Shown here one piece after another: positions 35,118-44,175 of a stretch of 52,705 nt of DNA. A program made the translations under genes and the position numbers. Position 1 is the first letter of the stretch, and each line of letters opens with the position of its first letter. The stretch spans positions 1-52,705 of the forward strand of contig CAZKWY010000003.1 of NCBI GenBank assembly GCA_964556655.1. The letters run 5' to 3'. Under the pieces are notes generated by a model that saw only the letters and a program-made list of their open reading frames with translations, was not told where the DNA came from and did no database searches. The DNA is from an uncultured Candidatus Saccharibacteria bacterium. Lineage in GTDB: Bacteria; Patescibacteriota; Minisyncoccia; Portnoybacterales; UBA2143.

Positions 35118-36134
35118 CTAAGATAATTTCTTTCCGACAAATTCAGCAAATTCACCCAGCCGACAGGCATAGCCCCATTCATTATCATACCAAGCAATAA
35201 TTTTTACCAAATTTTCTTTTTGGACCATGGTAGAGGCCATATCTACAATAGCGGAAAAAGAATTCCCTTTGTAATCCGTAGAAACTAATAAGGCATCTTC
35301 TACGCCTAAAATGCCTTTAAGGTTTTCCTCCCCCGAAGCTTTTTTCAAAGTGTAATTAATTTCTTCTATGCTCGTTCCCTTTTTTATTTTAGCCACAAAA
35401 TCAACTGCCGAGACAATCGGCGTAGGTACTCTTATCGCCATGCCGTCTATTTTGCCAACTAGTTCTGGGATAGTTTTTGCCACCGCAATAGCCGCTCCCG
35501 TGGTGGTAGGGATCATTGATAAGACGGCTGAACGAGCCCTGCGCAAATCCTTATGGGGCGCGTCTACCAAATTTTGAGTGCTAGTATAGCTATGAATAGT
35601 TGTCATCAGCCCGCTCTCTATTTCAAAATTATTGTTGATAATCTTGGCTATAGGCGCCAAGCAATTGGTCGTACAAGAGCCCATAGACATAATATCATCC
35701 TTTTCATTATCGTATTTTTCTTCATTAACCCCCAAAACAAAATGAGGCAGGCCTTCTTCTTTGCAGGGCGCTGAAATAATAACTTTTTTCGCCCCCGCCT
35801 TAAGATGGCCACTGGAGGCTTCGCGATTCGTAAATCTCCCGGTACACTCCAAAACAATATCAACACCCAGCTCCTCCCAAGGAAGATTGGCTGGATCTTT
35901 TTCAGAAAAATACTGATAGTTGTCTCCGTTAATCGCTAATTTTCCTTCCTCGCCTTTTACTCCTTTTTTATACATTCCGTAGATAGAATCGTATTTTAAA
36001 AGATGGGCTAAAGTTTTAGGACCAGTTAAGTCGTTAATAGCAACCACCTCAACATCAAGATGGTCATCAATAATCCCTTTAAAAGCCGCCCGCCCGATGC
36101 GGCCAAAACCGTTAATGGCAATTTTAATAGGCAT
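35118..36134 (-). CDS. gap: Type I glyceraldehyde-3-phosphate dehydrogenase
   Basis: INGFGRIGR, SCTTNCL, WYDNEWGY. Confidence 0.97.
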   Translation of the reverse strand: MPIKIAINGFGRIGRAAFKGIIDDHLDVEVVAINDLTGPKTLAHLLKYDSIYGMYKKGVKGEEGKLAINGDNYQYFSEKDPANLPWEELGVDIVLECTGRFTNREASSGHLKAGAKKVIISAPCKEEGLPHFVLGVNEEKYDNEKDDIMSMGSCTTNCLAPIAKIINNNFEIESGLMTTIHSYTSTQNLVDAPHKDLRRARSAVLSMIPTTTGAAIAVAKTIPELVGKIDGMAIRVPTPIVSAVDFVAKIKKGTSIEEINYTLKKASGEENLKGILGVEDALLVSTDYKGNSFSAIVDMASTMVQKENLVKIIAWYDNEWGYACRLGEFAEFVGKKLS

Positions 36135-36152
36135 AATAATTGATGGTTAAAT

Positions 36153-36410
36153 TTATTCTTTGATGTTTAATAATTGGCTAATCCTTGCTTTATCAAAACC
36201 GACAATAATTTCTCCGTCTATTTCTGTTACCGGCACGCCCATTTGGCCTGATTTCTGCACCATTTCCTCTCTCCCTTTTTCATCTTCGGCCACATCAATA
36301 TAATCATAGGCGATACCATGCTCCTCTAAAAAATTCTTCAAAGTGACGCAGTAGGGACAAGAAGGCGTAGAAAAAACTCGTACTTTTTTTTGTTGGGACT
36401 GTTCTGCCAT
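36153..36410 (-). CDS. Glutaredoxin-like protein (YruB/NrdH type)
   Basis: CPYC, SGQMGVPV, VGFD. Confidence 0.92.
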   Translation of the reverse strand: MAEQSQQKKVRVFSTPSCPYCVTLKNFLEEHGIAYDYIDVAEDEKGREEMVQKSGQMGVPVTEIDGEIIVGFDKARISQLLNIKE

Positions 36411-36456
36411 AAAATGACAAGCAATCAGAAACACAAATAAATAATCGTCCCCGCCT

Positions 36457-36489
36457 CAATGATTACTCATTTCTGAACAATGATTACTC
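36457..36489. repeat. 12-bp direct repeat with 21-nt period
   Basis: CAATGATTACTC at 36457 and 36478. Confidence 0.8.
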
Positions 36490-36529
36490 TGCTTATTTAT
36501 TATTTAATCTTTCGCTAGCGGCTAATTTA

Positions 36530-37468
36530 TCAATCTCCTTGGCGATTTAATTGCTTATAAACGCTAAGAACCGCTTTAGCTCCTTCGCCAGCGGCAATAA
36601 TAATCTGTTTATGAGGAATGTTCGTCGCATCGCCGGCGGCAAAAATATTTTCTTGGGAAGTCTTATTGTGCTGATCAATAACTATTTCTTCAGCTTGATT
36701 CAATTCTACCACATTTTTCAATAAAGATGAATTGGCGACTGTGCCAATCTCTACAAAAACGCCCTCCACGGCAATCTTTTCTTTTTGCTCGTTTTCTAAA
36801 TCGGAATAAACCAGCTCTTCAACAAATTGACTACCCTTAATTTCAGACGTTCGGGCATTAAAAATAAGTTTTACTTTTTCGGCCTCCTTTAATCGCTCGC
36901 TAAAACATTCATCGCATTCTAAGCGAGAGCTTTTGGTAATAAGATAAATCTCCCGAGCGTATTTTAAAAGATCCAAAGCTGTTTCGGCGCCCGCGTTGCC
37001 CCCTCCAATGACAGCTACAGTTTTATCTTTAAACAAAGGAGCATCGCAAGTAGGGCAATAACTAACTCCCTTATTGGCAAATTCCGCTTCGCCGGGAAGA
37101 CCCAGTTTCTTATAACGCCTTCCTGTGGCAATAACCGCCGTTTTTGTCTGGTATTCCTCTGTTTCTGTTTTAATTGACAAAAAACCGTCTTTGTTAACAA
37201 CAACCTTTTCCGCCTTCTGATCCTCGGCAATGTTAAAATCCTCGCCCCGATAATTTTCCAGATGAGCAATCATCTTGCTGAGCAAGTCAGGACCAGCAAT
37301 AGACCTAAAGCCCGGGTAGTTCTCCACAAGGTTAGTCCAATTCATCTGGCCGTTCCAATCCTTAGTGATTAAAAGGGTGTTAATTCTTTTGCGCGCCGCA
37401 TAAATACCAGCGCTGATTGCCGCCGGCCCTCCGCCAACAATAATCAATTTGTACATTTCTTTAAACAA
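36530..37468 (-). CDS. trxB: Thioredoxin reductase family FAD-dependent disulfide oxidoreductase
   Basis: GGGPA, ENYPG, GVSYCPTCD, GGGNAG, FAAGD. Confidence 0.88.
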   Translation of the reverse strand: MFKEMYKLIIVGGGPAAISAGIYAARKRINTLLITKDWNGQMNWTNLVENYPGFRSIAGPDLLSKMIAHLENYRGEDFNIAEDQKAEKVVVNKDGFLSIKTETEEYQTKTAVIATGRRYKKLGLPGEAEFANKGVSYCPTCDAPLFKDKTVAVIGGGNAGAETALDLLKYAREIYLITKSSRLECDECFSERLKEAEKVKLIFNARTSEIKGSQFVEELVYSDLENEQKEKIAVEGVFVEIGTVANSSLLKNVVELNQAEEIVIDQHNKTSQENIFAAGDATNIPHKQIIIAAGEGAKAVLSVYKQLNRQGD

Positions 37469-37505
37469 CCGACTTGTTAAAATTTTTTCGGCTGATAGTT
37501 ATTGA

Positions 37506-38273
37506 TTAACAAAACTCTCCCTTATTAGCCGCATTAATGCTTTCCTGAGTATAGTAATCTAATTTTCGCGCTTGTTCTCTGCTAATTTTTTCGCAAGCAA
37601 AACCCCAATGGAACGAAATAAGATGGCCCTTCCTAAGCCCTTTTAAAAAGCTTTTTCCTCCAAGCTGATAAGTAATTTCGCCCCTTACCGTCTTTCCCAG
37701 ACAAATTTTTTCATTTTCTAAGATTAAAGGCCGATAAGCAACCACGATATTTTTCTTTTCTACTTTCTCAACTCTTCCCCAGTTAATACGGCATAAATCC
37801 ATACTAGCTAGAGTGTGAGCGATATCTAAATAGCCTGTCCTTTTCCAAACGCCAAGAACATGAAAATTATGGTGGGGCTTTGGCTTTAAAGATACTTTCT
37901 CAACCAACCTTCTAAAAGCAGGCAAGGCCATCTTCTTTTTCATCTCTAGGCTATCGGATAAATGCCTGTAAAAATTACTCTGATTAGCGTTTTCCAAAAG
38001 AGCATTGCCGATCCAATAAGCCTCTACCACTTTTTCATCAAAAGGATCTCTAATTCCATTAGCGCGAGCGATAAACTTAAGATAAGGATAAAGAGTTTGA
38101 AATTCTTTTAAAATCAAGGACAGTCCTTGGTTAGCTTCTCTTCTCTGGCAGTAGTAAAAAAGGTCTTGATTTTTGTCTGGACCGCAAAAAGTCAACCGGT
38201 TGGGCATAAAGGCATACCGCGCGCACCTTATCATTCCCTTTTCGCTAGACGAGATTTTGCTCCGCTTGATCAT
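37506..38273 (-). CDS. DUF6390-like protein with a HypC-like C-terminal region
   Basis: ARYAF.PN.L.FCGP, YPYL..IA, DPFD..VVEAYWIGN, PHH.FHV, C.I.WG, HWG.ACE. Confidence 0.75.
   Translation of the reverse strand: MIKRSKISSSEKGMIRCARYAFMPNRLTFCGPDKNQDLFYYCQRREANQGLSLILKEFQTLYPYLKFIARANGIRDPFDEKVVEAYWIGNALLENANQSNFYRHLSDSLEMKKKMALPAFRRLVEKVSLKPKPHHNFHVLGVWKRTGYLDIAHTLASMDLCRINWGRVEKVEKKNIVVAYRPLILENEKICLGKTVRGEITYQLGGKSFLKGLRKGHLISFHWGFACEKISREQARKLDYYTQESINAANKGEFC
38115..38129. repeat. Monomer of the GACWGTC palindromic repeat inside a CDS
   Basis: CAAGGAC-A-GTCCTTG, translated as QGLSL. Confidence 0.55.
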
Positions 38274-39150
38274 ATCTTTTTCTAAGGACTGGCCTCGCTA
38301 TCAAAACCACAGCTCCACAAATTAAAATCATCCCTAGCATTTGACCTGCTAAAACATTCTGGCCCAAGATAAAAAAGGAAAGCAAAGTAGTAATCGGACT
38401 GCCCAAAAGCAAAATCGCCGCCGCAACAGAGACATTAATATGTTTTAATCCCGAATACCAAGTAGCCACATAACCGAAGAGAAGAACTGAAGCAATAAGC
38501 AGCCAGCCAATTTGAGAAAGATTTAAGCTAAAAACAAGACCGGCTTGGCCGATAGCCAGCCAGAAAAGGACAATAAAAAAGGAACCAAAAAGCATTCTCC
38601 CTCCGATGACTAGGCGCGCCGGCAAATCTTTTAAAACATGCTTGCTCAAAACGCTTTCCCCGGCCCAAAGAAGGACGGCTAAAAAGATCAACAAATCTCC
38701 CCAGCCAAAATTAACTGAGCCTATCTGAAGCAAGAAAAAATTGCCTGCCAGCATAGTTAAGCCACCGATTAAAAATTCTTTGCTGATTTTTTCTTTTAGC
38801 AAAAACACCGCCAAAAGCGCGACGAAAAGGAACATCGTCTTATGGATAAAAGACCCTTGAGCGGCGCTGGTTAGAGAAAGCCCCTTGAAAAAAAGCAAAA
38901 AAGGGAGGGAGCCGCCGATCAGGCCAATACCTGCCAGCTTAGCCCACTGATCTTTCTTCAGCCTTTTGACCAACCGCCAATCTTTCATCATCAAAAGCCA
39001 GCTGATTGCCAAAGAAGCAACGATAATATTTTTAAGACCGGTGAAAATATACGGGTTAGCGACATTGACGCCAAATTTATTAATAAAAATAGCCAGGCCT
39101 GAAATAAAAGCCGTGCCTAGAATTAATAAAAATCCTTTTTGTTGTTTCAT
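38245..39150 (-). CDS. DMT/EamA family transporter
   Basis: About 10 TMs in two repeats; LLKEK loop. Confidence 0.9.
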   Translation of the reverse strand: MKQQKGFLLILGTAFISGLAIFINKFGVNVANPYIFTGLKNIIVASLAISWLLMMKDWRLVKRLKKDQWAKLAGIGLIGGSLPFLLFFKGLSLTSAAQGSFIHKTMFLFVALLAVFLLKEKISKEFLIGGLTMLAGNFFLLQIGSVNFGWGDLLIFLAVLLWAGESVLSKHVLKDLPARLVIGGRMLFGSFFIVLFWLAIGQAGLVFSLNLSQIGWLLIASVLLFGYVATWYSGLKHINVSVAAAILLLGSPITTLLSFFILGQNVLAGQMLGMILICGAVVLIARPVLRKRYDQAEQNLV

Positions 39151-39224
39151 GGTTTGCCTTTAATTAAGAATATTCTTTAAAAAAACTTAATGGTATTTTA
39201 GCATAGAAAAGGAAAAGACAAAAA

Positions 39225-39428
39225 TTACTCTTCGCCGGCTTCCTTTTTGATTTCTTTTAGCTGGTTTTCTGTTTCTTTTAGCCTTTGGCGGCACTCTTTA
39301 ACCAGTTTTAACCCCCTTTGATATTTTTTTAGTCCCTCTTCTAAATCAATGTCTTCTTGCTGAAACCATCGATTGATTTCCTCTATTTCTTGGTAAGCTT
39401 TAGTAAAATTAAATTTTTCTTTGCTCAT
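39225..39428 (-). CDS. xseB: Exodeoxyribonuclease VII small subunit
   Basis: F.....E.I.......LEE.L..Y.RG..L...C...L; follows xseA. Confidence 0.92.
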   Translation of the reverse strand: MSKEKFNFTKAYQEIEEINRWFQQEDIDLEEGLKKYQRGLKLVKECRQRLKETENQLKEIKKEAGEE

Positions 39429-39449
39429 ATTTTTAGCGCTTCTGCGCCG

Positions 39450-40784
39450 CTATTGTTTTTTAAATACTTTCTCCACTTGAGAGCCGGCCCGACCGTCGGA
39501 AAATCTTGTTTCTATCCGCTGGCCCTTTTTTAACTGGCTAACATGCTTGATAACCTTGCCCGAGCTTGAATCAGAAACAATGCTATATCCCTGCCTCAAC
39601 TTAAGCGCTGGGCTAGCCAAAAAGATTTTTTCTTTTTCTCTGGCTAGTTTTTGCCTGATTTTTTCCAGCCAAGAAAATCCGTTTTGGTGAAGCTCTTCTA
39701 AGTATTCTAGAGTATCTGACTTTTGTTGTCTAATAAGCCCTTCTATTTTGTAAAGATTGTTTAAAAAAAGCGCTTCAGTCTGATAAAAATTTTGAAAATA
39801 TTCCCTAAAAGAATTGTTCATAGCGTCAGCTAGATAAAGAAAGGATTCTTTTTTGCTTTCTATTTCCCCTGTGATTGCTTTTTCTATTTGTTCTTCTAAA
39901 AAGACTGTCCTTTGCTTGGCTAAAACAATTTTTTCCTTAATAGCCGCTGTCATGCTTTTTTCAAAAACAGGCATCTGCGACTGCGCCATTCGCCAAGGAT
40001 CGCTCAAAATTCTCGCCGCGTCCGTAGGAGTGGAAGCTCGCACATCAGCTACATAATCAGCTATGGTTTCGTCGCTTTCATGGCCTACGCCGCAAACGAC
40101 AGGCAGGCGGGAAGCAAAAATTGACCGCGCCACCGTCTCTGAATTAAAAGGCTGAAGACTTTCCCAACTTCCTCCTCCTCTGATTAAAATCAAAGCGTCT
40201 ATTTTCTTAGCGCTTTGATTAAACCAATCAATGGCTCGCTCAATTTCTTCTTCTGCCGATAAGCCCTCTACCCTGACATCATAGAAAAATATCTCAAAAT
40301 TAAAAGCGCCTAAATGCTTGATAAAATCAGGCAGCGCTCCTCGTCCGTATTGAGAAGTAATCAAGCCAATGGTTCGGCAAAAAGGCGGCAGCTTCCTTTT
40401 CCTCTCTAGGGCGAAAAAACCGTCTTCCCCCAAACGTTTCTTCAGCGCTTCATAGGCCCGCCTTAAAGCGCCTTCGCCAACCAGCCCTACTTTTTCTACC
40501 TGCAGAGTAAGGTCGCCTCTTTTAGGATAAACTTGGCAAGTTCCTTCAATCTTAACTTCTTGCCCGGGCCCTAGCTGGCAGCCGCTTTTATCTAAGTTTC
40601 TCTGCCAGGCAAAGCATTTCAAAACTCCCTCTTTTTTCTTGTCAAGCAACGAAAAAATAGTGTAATTAGGATAACGATTGATCTTTTCGCCAACTTCTCC
40701 TTGGACTATCACCCGATGCCTGATTAGGCTGTTAATAAATTCTATCAGTTCTTTAACGGAAAAAATTTTTTCTTGGTCTAACAT
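39450..40784 (-). CDS. xseA: Exodeoxyribonuclease VII large subunit
   Basis: OB fold, IGLITS, RGGGS.E.L..FN.E, GVGHE.D, TPT.AA, L.QGYS. Confidence 0.95.
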   Translation of the reverse strand: MLDQEKIFSVKELIEFINSLIRHRVIVQGEVGEKINRYPNYTIFSLLDKKKEGVLKCFAWQRNLDKSGCQLGPGQEVKIEGTCQVYPKRGDLTLQVEKVGLVGEGALRRAYEALKKRLGEDGFFALERKRKLPPFCRTIGLITSQYGRGALPDFIKHLGAFNFEIFFYDVRVEGLSAEEEIERAIDWFNQSAKKIDALILIRGGGSWESLQPFNSETVARSIFASRLPVVCGVGHESDETIADYVADVRASTPTDAARILSDPWRMAQSQMPVFEKSMTAAIKEKIVLAKQRTVFLEEQIEKAITGEIESKKESFLYLADAMNNSFREYFQNFYQTEALFLNNLYKIEGLIRQQKSDTLEYLEELHQNGFSWLEKIRQKLAREKEKIFLASPALKLRQGYSIVSDSSSGKVIKHVSQLKKGQRIETRFSDGRAGSQVEKVFKKQ

Positions 40785-40802
40785 TATTGAAATTTATTTA
40801 TT

Positions 40803-40967
40803 TTATTCCTTCTTTTTCTTTCTCGCCCAATTGGTCATACTAGAAAAACCTAAAAACCCCAAGCCAAGAGGAAATAATACCAGAAAAGGAAGAAAAGGCA
40901 AAAATATCCCCGCTAAGCCGACTAACACAAGGATAACGCCAATAATTTTTTTAAATACTCTTCTCAT
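40803..40967 (-). CDS. Small membrane protein (54 aa), absent from the ORF track
   Basis: MRRVFKKIIGVILVLVGLAGIFLPFLPFLVLFPLGLGFLG...KKKKE*; -10-like TGGTATGAT upstream. Confidence 0.7.
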   Translation of the reverse strand: MRRVFKKIIGVILVLVGLAGIFLPFLPFLVLFPLGLGFLGFSSMTNWARKKKKE

Positions 40968-41084
40968 TAGCTTCTTTTTATCATACCAGAAAGAACAAAG
41001 TGGAACAAAAAAATCAATAAATCAGGCCCTGACTTTTTAAAAAATATATTCCCAATAAAATTTATTTCTGTTATAATAGAATCA

Positions 41085-41303
41085 ATGTGTTTAGCTACTC
41101 CTGCCAAAGTAATAACCATTAAAAAAGATTGGGCCCGAGTAAAATCAGGTGACCATATCCATAGAGTTAATCTAGGCCTTTTGAAAAATGTAAAGAAAGG
41201 CGATTATTTAATTGCGCACGGAGAGCTGGCTATTAATAGGCTTAATAAAAAAGAAGCTGAAAAAATCATTAAACTGATTGAAAATTACCAAACTGACCAA
41301 TAG
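41085..41303 (+). CDS. hypC: Hydrogenase assembly chaperone HypC/HybG/HupF
   Basis: MCLA.P.KV, V.KGDYL..H. Confidence 0.92.
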   Translation: MCLATPAKVITIKKDWARVKSGDHIHRVNLGLLKNVKKGDYLIAHGELAINRLNKKEAEKIIKLIENYQTDQ

Positions 41304-41306
41304 ACT

Positions 41307-41332
41307 AAAACAGCGGACTAGTCCGCTGTTTT
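41307..41332. terminator. Bidirectional intrinsic terminator
   Basis: Perfect palindrome AAAACAGCGGACTAGTCCGCTGTTTT between hypC and the large subunit. Confidence 0.8.
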
Positions 41333-41360
41333 TGATAACCCGCGACACAAGGCCATAAAG

Positions 41361-42587
41361 CTAATGGACTGAGCAAGTGATACAAGGATCGTAAGCGCGC
41401 ACTAGCATTACTAAAAGCCGTTCCAATTCTTTTCGCGAGCGGTTTTTTGTTTGATCAAGAAGCGCTTGGGCGCTTTTTTCAATGGAAGTAAGGTTTTGCA
41501 CGGTCGGAGTAATAATGTTGGCTTCTTTAATCAAACTTTCTGCTGAAGCTGGCTCAGTTTTATCCAAAATCACTTCATGGTAAAGCCCTCCGCGAGGAGC
41601 TTCTATGACGCCAATACCCTTAAAAGGCGCTTTTGATCCAGGTTTTTTAATCGGCTCTTCTAAGCTGCCTTTTAAAATGCTTTTGACAGTTTTTTCCGCT
41701 TCCTTGTAATAATAAAGAATTTCTATTGCTTGAGCCAGATTATTGTGAAAAGGATTGGCTAAATCAAGCCCGTATTTCTTATCATAATTTTGATACACAG
41801 CCAAGCGCGCCAGAGCGCCTACTATCATTTCTTCTCCCCTGTATTTGCCAAACTTCGCTGTAGAATAACTTCTCACTTCTTCCTCAATATCTTTTTTATA
41901 GTTGTTAACCGGAGAAAATTGCTTCTTTCGCGGGCTAATAGAAGATACTGTAGCAATGGAATCTTTTTCCTGTGCTGCCATGATAAGCTCTACGCGCAAA
42001 GGCGGGTAATCAAGCTTGCTGGCTAACGCTAGCGATCTTTCAGCCGCTTTTCTTGTTTTTCGAAGTTTATCGAGCAAAATTTCTAGCTTTTCTTTATTCG
42101 GCATTTTATAAAATCCGCCAATGGCAGAGCTGGTTGGATGAGTATGACGGCCGCCAGCCAGATCCACAATCATATCCGAAACCTCTTTAAGCGCCAGAGC
42201 GTCCTTAAAGGCCGGAGGATTTTTTTTAGCCAGTTCTGTCGCTCGATCAATGCCTAAATAGTCAGGCAAAGATAAAAAGAATAAATGAAGGGTGTGGCTT
42301 TGAATCATCTGACCGCACTGCATTAAGTAGCGCAAAGAAGATGCCTGACGGCTAGGCTTAATGGCTAAAGCGTTTTCCAGAGCGTTTAAAGAAGCAAGGT
42401 TATGGGCCGTAGGACAAACTCCACAAATACGCGGCGTAATCCAGTGCATCTCTTGAGCGGTTCTATCAACCAGCATGCCTTCAAACAGCCTTTCGCCTTC
42501 ATAAATATTAAGTTTAACTTGGCCCTTTTTCCAGTCAATAGTCAAATTGCCATGTCCTTCAATTTTTGCGATAAAATCTTCTTTCAT
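41361..42587 (-). CDS. [NiFe]-hydrogenase large (alpha) subunit, group 3b-like
   Basis: IEGHG, L1 RICGVCPTAH, EAPRG, TPT, L2 YDPCITCSVH followed directly by stop. Confidence 0.95.
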   Translation of the reverse strand: MKEDFIAKIEGHGNLTIDWKKGQVKLNIYEGERLFEGMLVDRTAQEMHWITPRICGVCPTAHNLASLNALENALAIKPSRQASSLRYLMQCGQMIQSHTLHLFFLSLPDYLGIDRATELAKKNPPAFKDALALKEVSDMIVDLAGGRHTHPTSSAIGGFYKMPNKEKLEILLDKLRKTRKAAERSLALASKLDYPPLRVELIMAAQEKDSIATVSSISPRKKQFSPVNNYKKDIEEEVRSYSTAKFGKYRGEEMIVGALARLAVYQNYDKKYGLDLANPFHNNLAQAIEILYYYKEAEKTVKSILKGSLEEPIKKPGSKAPFKGIGVIEAPRGGLYHEVILDKTEPASAESLIKEANIITPTVQNLTSIEKSAQALLDQTKNRSRKELERLLVMLVRAYDPCITCSVH

Positions 42588-42589
42588 TT

Positions 42590-43336
42590 TTAATGGTTAT
42601 TTTTATTTTTTTTCATAGCCTTATTCAAAAACATGGAAAAATAGCGGTCTATTTCTTTTTTGTCAGTAATTTGGCTAAGAGCTTTCATCAAATTATCTAT
42701 TTCTGGCTCTTCGCGCAAGCCAAAGCATCCATAACAAGGTGAACCGCCTGAAATGCATATTGCCCCGCATCCTCCTTGAGTGATAGGGCCGAGACAGGGC
42801 TTTCCTTCTATTAAACGGCAGCGATTGCCCGCCATCTTACACTCTAGACAAACTGAATAAGAGCGGTATTTTGGCATTTTGCCGGCCAAAAGGTCCTCCA
42901 TCACTCTCAATACTTCTTCGCCATTAACCGGACATCCATGAACAAGAAAATCAACTTTGACATAAGCCGAGAGAGGAAGAGCGTCAATCCCCCGGGGGCG
43001 ATATTCACTACCATATATCTTCTTATACCACTTTTTTCTTTCTTTTTTATCAAGAATGGCCGGAATGCCTCCTAGAGTCGCGCAAGTGCCAAGGCCAATA
43101 ATCATCTTAGAGGTTTTCCTTAGCTTTTTTAGCAGGCTAACCTCATGGCCGGTGATAGGCGTCCCTTCAATAATAGTAATGTCAAAAGGGCCTGGCTGAT
43201 TGTTTTCTTGGCCTAAGCGCCAATTAATAATATGGACTCTTTTTTCAAGAGCTAATAACTTTTCCCTCAATCCGACCAGCTCTACCTGGCATCCTTCGCA
43301 GTCTGTAAAGTCATAGATGGCAATTTTTGGCTTCAT
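42590..43336 (-). CDS. [NiFe]-hydrogenase small (delta) subunit
   Basis: CEGC, IEG, GTCA..GG, GCP, C.EC, CLGP.T..GC.A.C, C.GC. Confidence 0.92.
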   Translation of the reverse strand: MKPKIAIYDFTDCEGCQVELVGLREKLLALEKRVHIINWRLGQENNQPGPFDITIIEGTPITGHEVSLLKKLRKTSKMIIGLGTCATLGGIPAILDKKERKKWYKKIYGSEYRPRGIDALPLSAYVKVDFLVHGCPVNGEEVLRVMEDLLAGKMPKYRSYSVCLECKMAGNRCRLIEGKPCLGPITQGGCGAICISGGSPCYGCFGLREEPEIDNLMKALSQITDKKEIDRYFSMFLNKAMKKNKNNH

Positions 43337-43341
43337 AAAAA

Positions 43342-44166
43342 TTAATCCCAATTTTTATCTATTTCATCGAAATAAAAGACAGGCCCATCCTGGCATACGT
43401 ATTTGTCTCCAGTTAAGCAATGCTGGCATTTGCCTACTCCACATTGCATCTTTCTTTCCATGCTGACGAAAATGCGACGATCAGAAATGCCCAATGGATG
43501 AAGTACTTTTCCCAGAGCGTCCATCATGGGACCCGGCCCGCACATAGAAGCTACCGCGTTTTTGGGATCGATCTTAATTTCACTGATTAATTCCGTAACA
43601 AGGCCAACATGACCTTCCCAGTCCTTAGTTGGCTCATCAACTGTCAAAAGCACTTTAATGCTTTTGCTCCATTCTTTGAGCTTATTTTTCATTAAGAGAT
43701 CGTCTGGCGTTCGCGCCCCATAAATGAGATAAACATTATTAAACTTATCTCGATTAGCAATAATATATTCGATCAAAGAGGCAATGGGCGGAATACCGCA
43801 TCCGCCAGTCGCCATCACCATATCTTTGCCAGCAATAAAATCCAAAGGGAAGCCATTGCCATAAGGGCCGCGCAGAAAAATTTCGTCTCCTTTTTTTAAA
43901 TTATGCATCGCATTAGTAAGCGTGCCAGCTTTTCTAACCGCTATTTCGAAATAAGAATCTTCGTAAGGAGAAGAAGAGACGCCAAAAGGCGCCTCTCCAT
44001 AACCAAAATGACTGACCAAGATAAATTGCCCCGGCACAAAAGCCAATCCTTGTCCGTTTTTATCAAATAATCCTTTTTCTTTTTTCAAACGAAAAAGCTT
44101 AACTGTTTCAGAAAGATCTTGCGTTTTGACAATAATGACCTTAAATGGCTGATAAATATTTTTCAT
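43342..44166 (-). CDS. Hydrogenase gamma subunit (FAD/NAD(P)-binding, 2Fe-2S)
   Basis: PGQF, RGPYGNGF, GGCG..P, CGP..M, MQCGVGKCQHC...C.DGPV. Confidence 0.92.
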   Translation of the reverse strand: MKNIYQPFKVIIVKTQDLSETVKLFRLKKEKGLFDKNGQGLAFVPGQFILVSHFGYGEAPFGVSSSPYEDSYFEIAVRKAGTLTNAMHNLKKGDEIFLRGPYGNGFPLDFIAGKDMVMATGGCGIPPIASLIEYIIANRDKFNNVYLIYGARTPDDLLMKNKLKEWSKSIKVLLTVDEPTKDWEGHVGLVTELISEIKIDPKNAVASMCGPGPMMDALGKVLHPLGISDRRIFVSMERKMQCGVGKCQHCLTGDKYVCQDGPVFYFDEIDKNWD

Positions 44167-44175
44167 AGAGATATT

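Noticed and set aside
35078-35197. N-terminal extensions in the ORF track (rpiB; likewise rplY, ferredoxin, glutaredoxin, hydrogenase beta/delta)
   Set aside because: They overlap upstream genes or promoters; family motifs begin at later ATGs
39899-39913. AAAGACTGTCCTTT in xseA as another repeat copy
   Set aside because: Imperfect single core that could arise by chance in coding sequence
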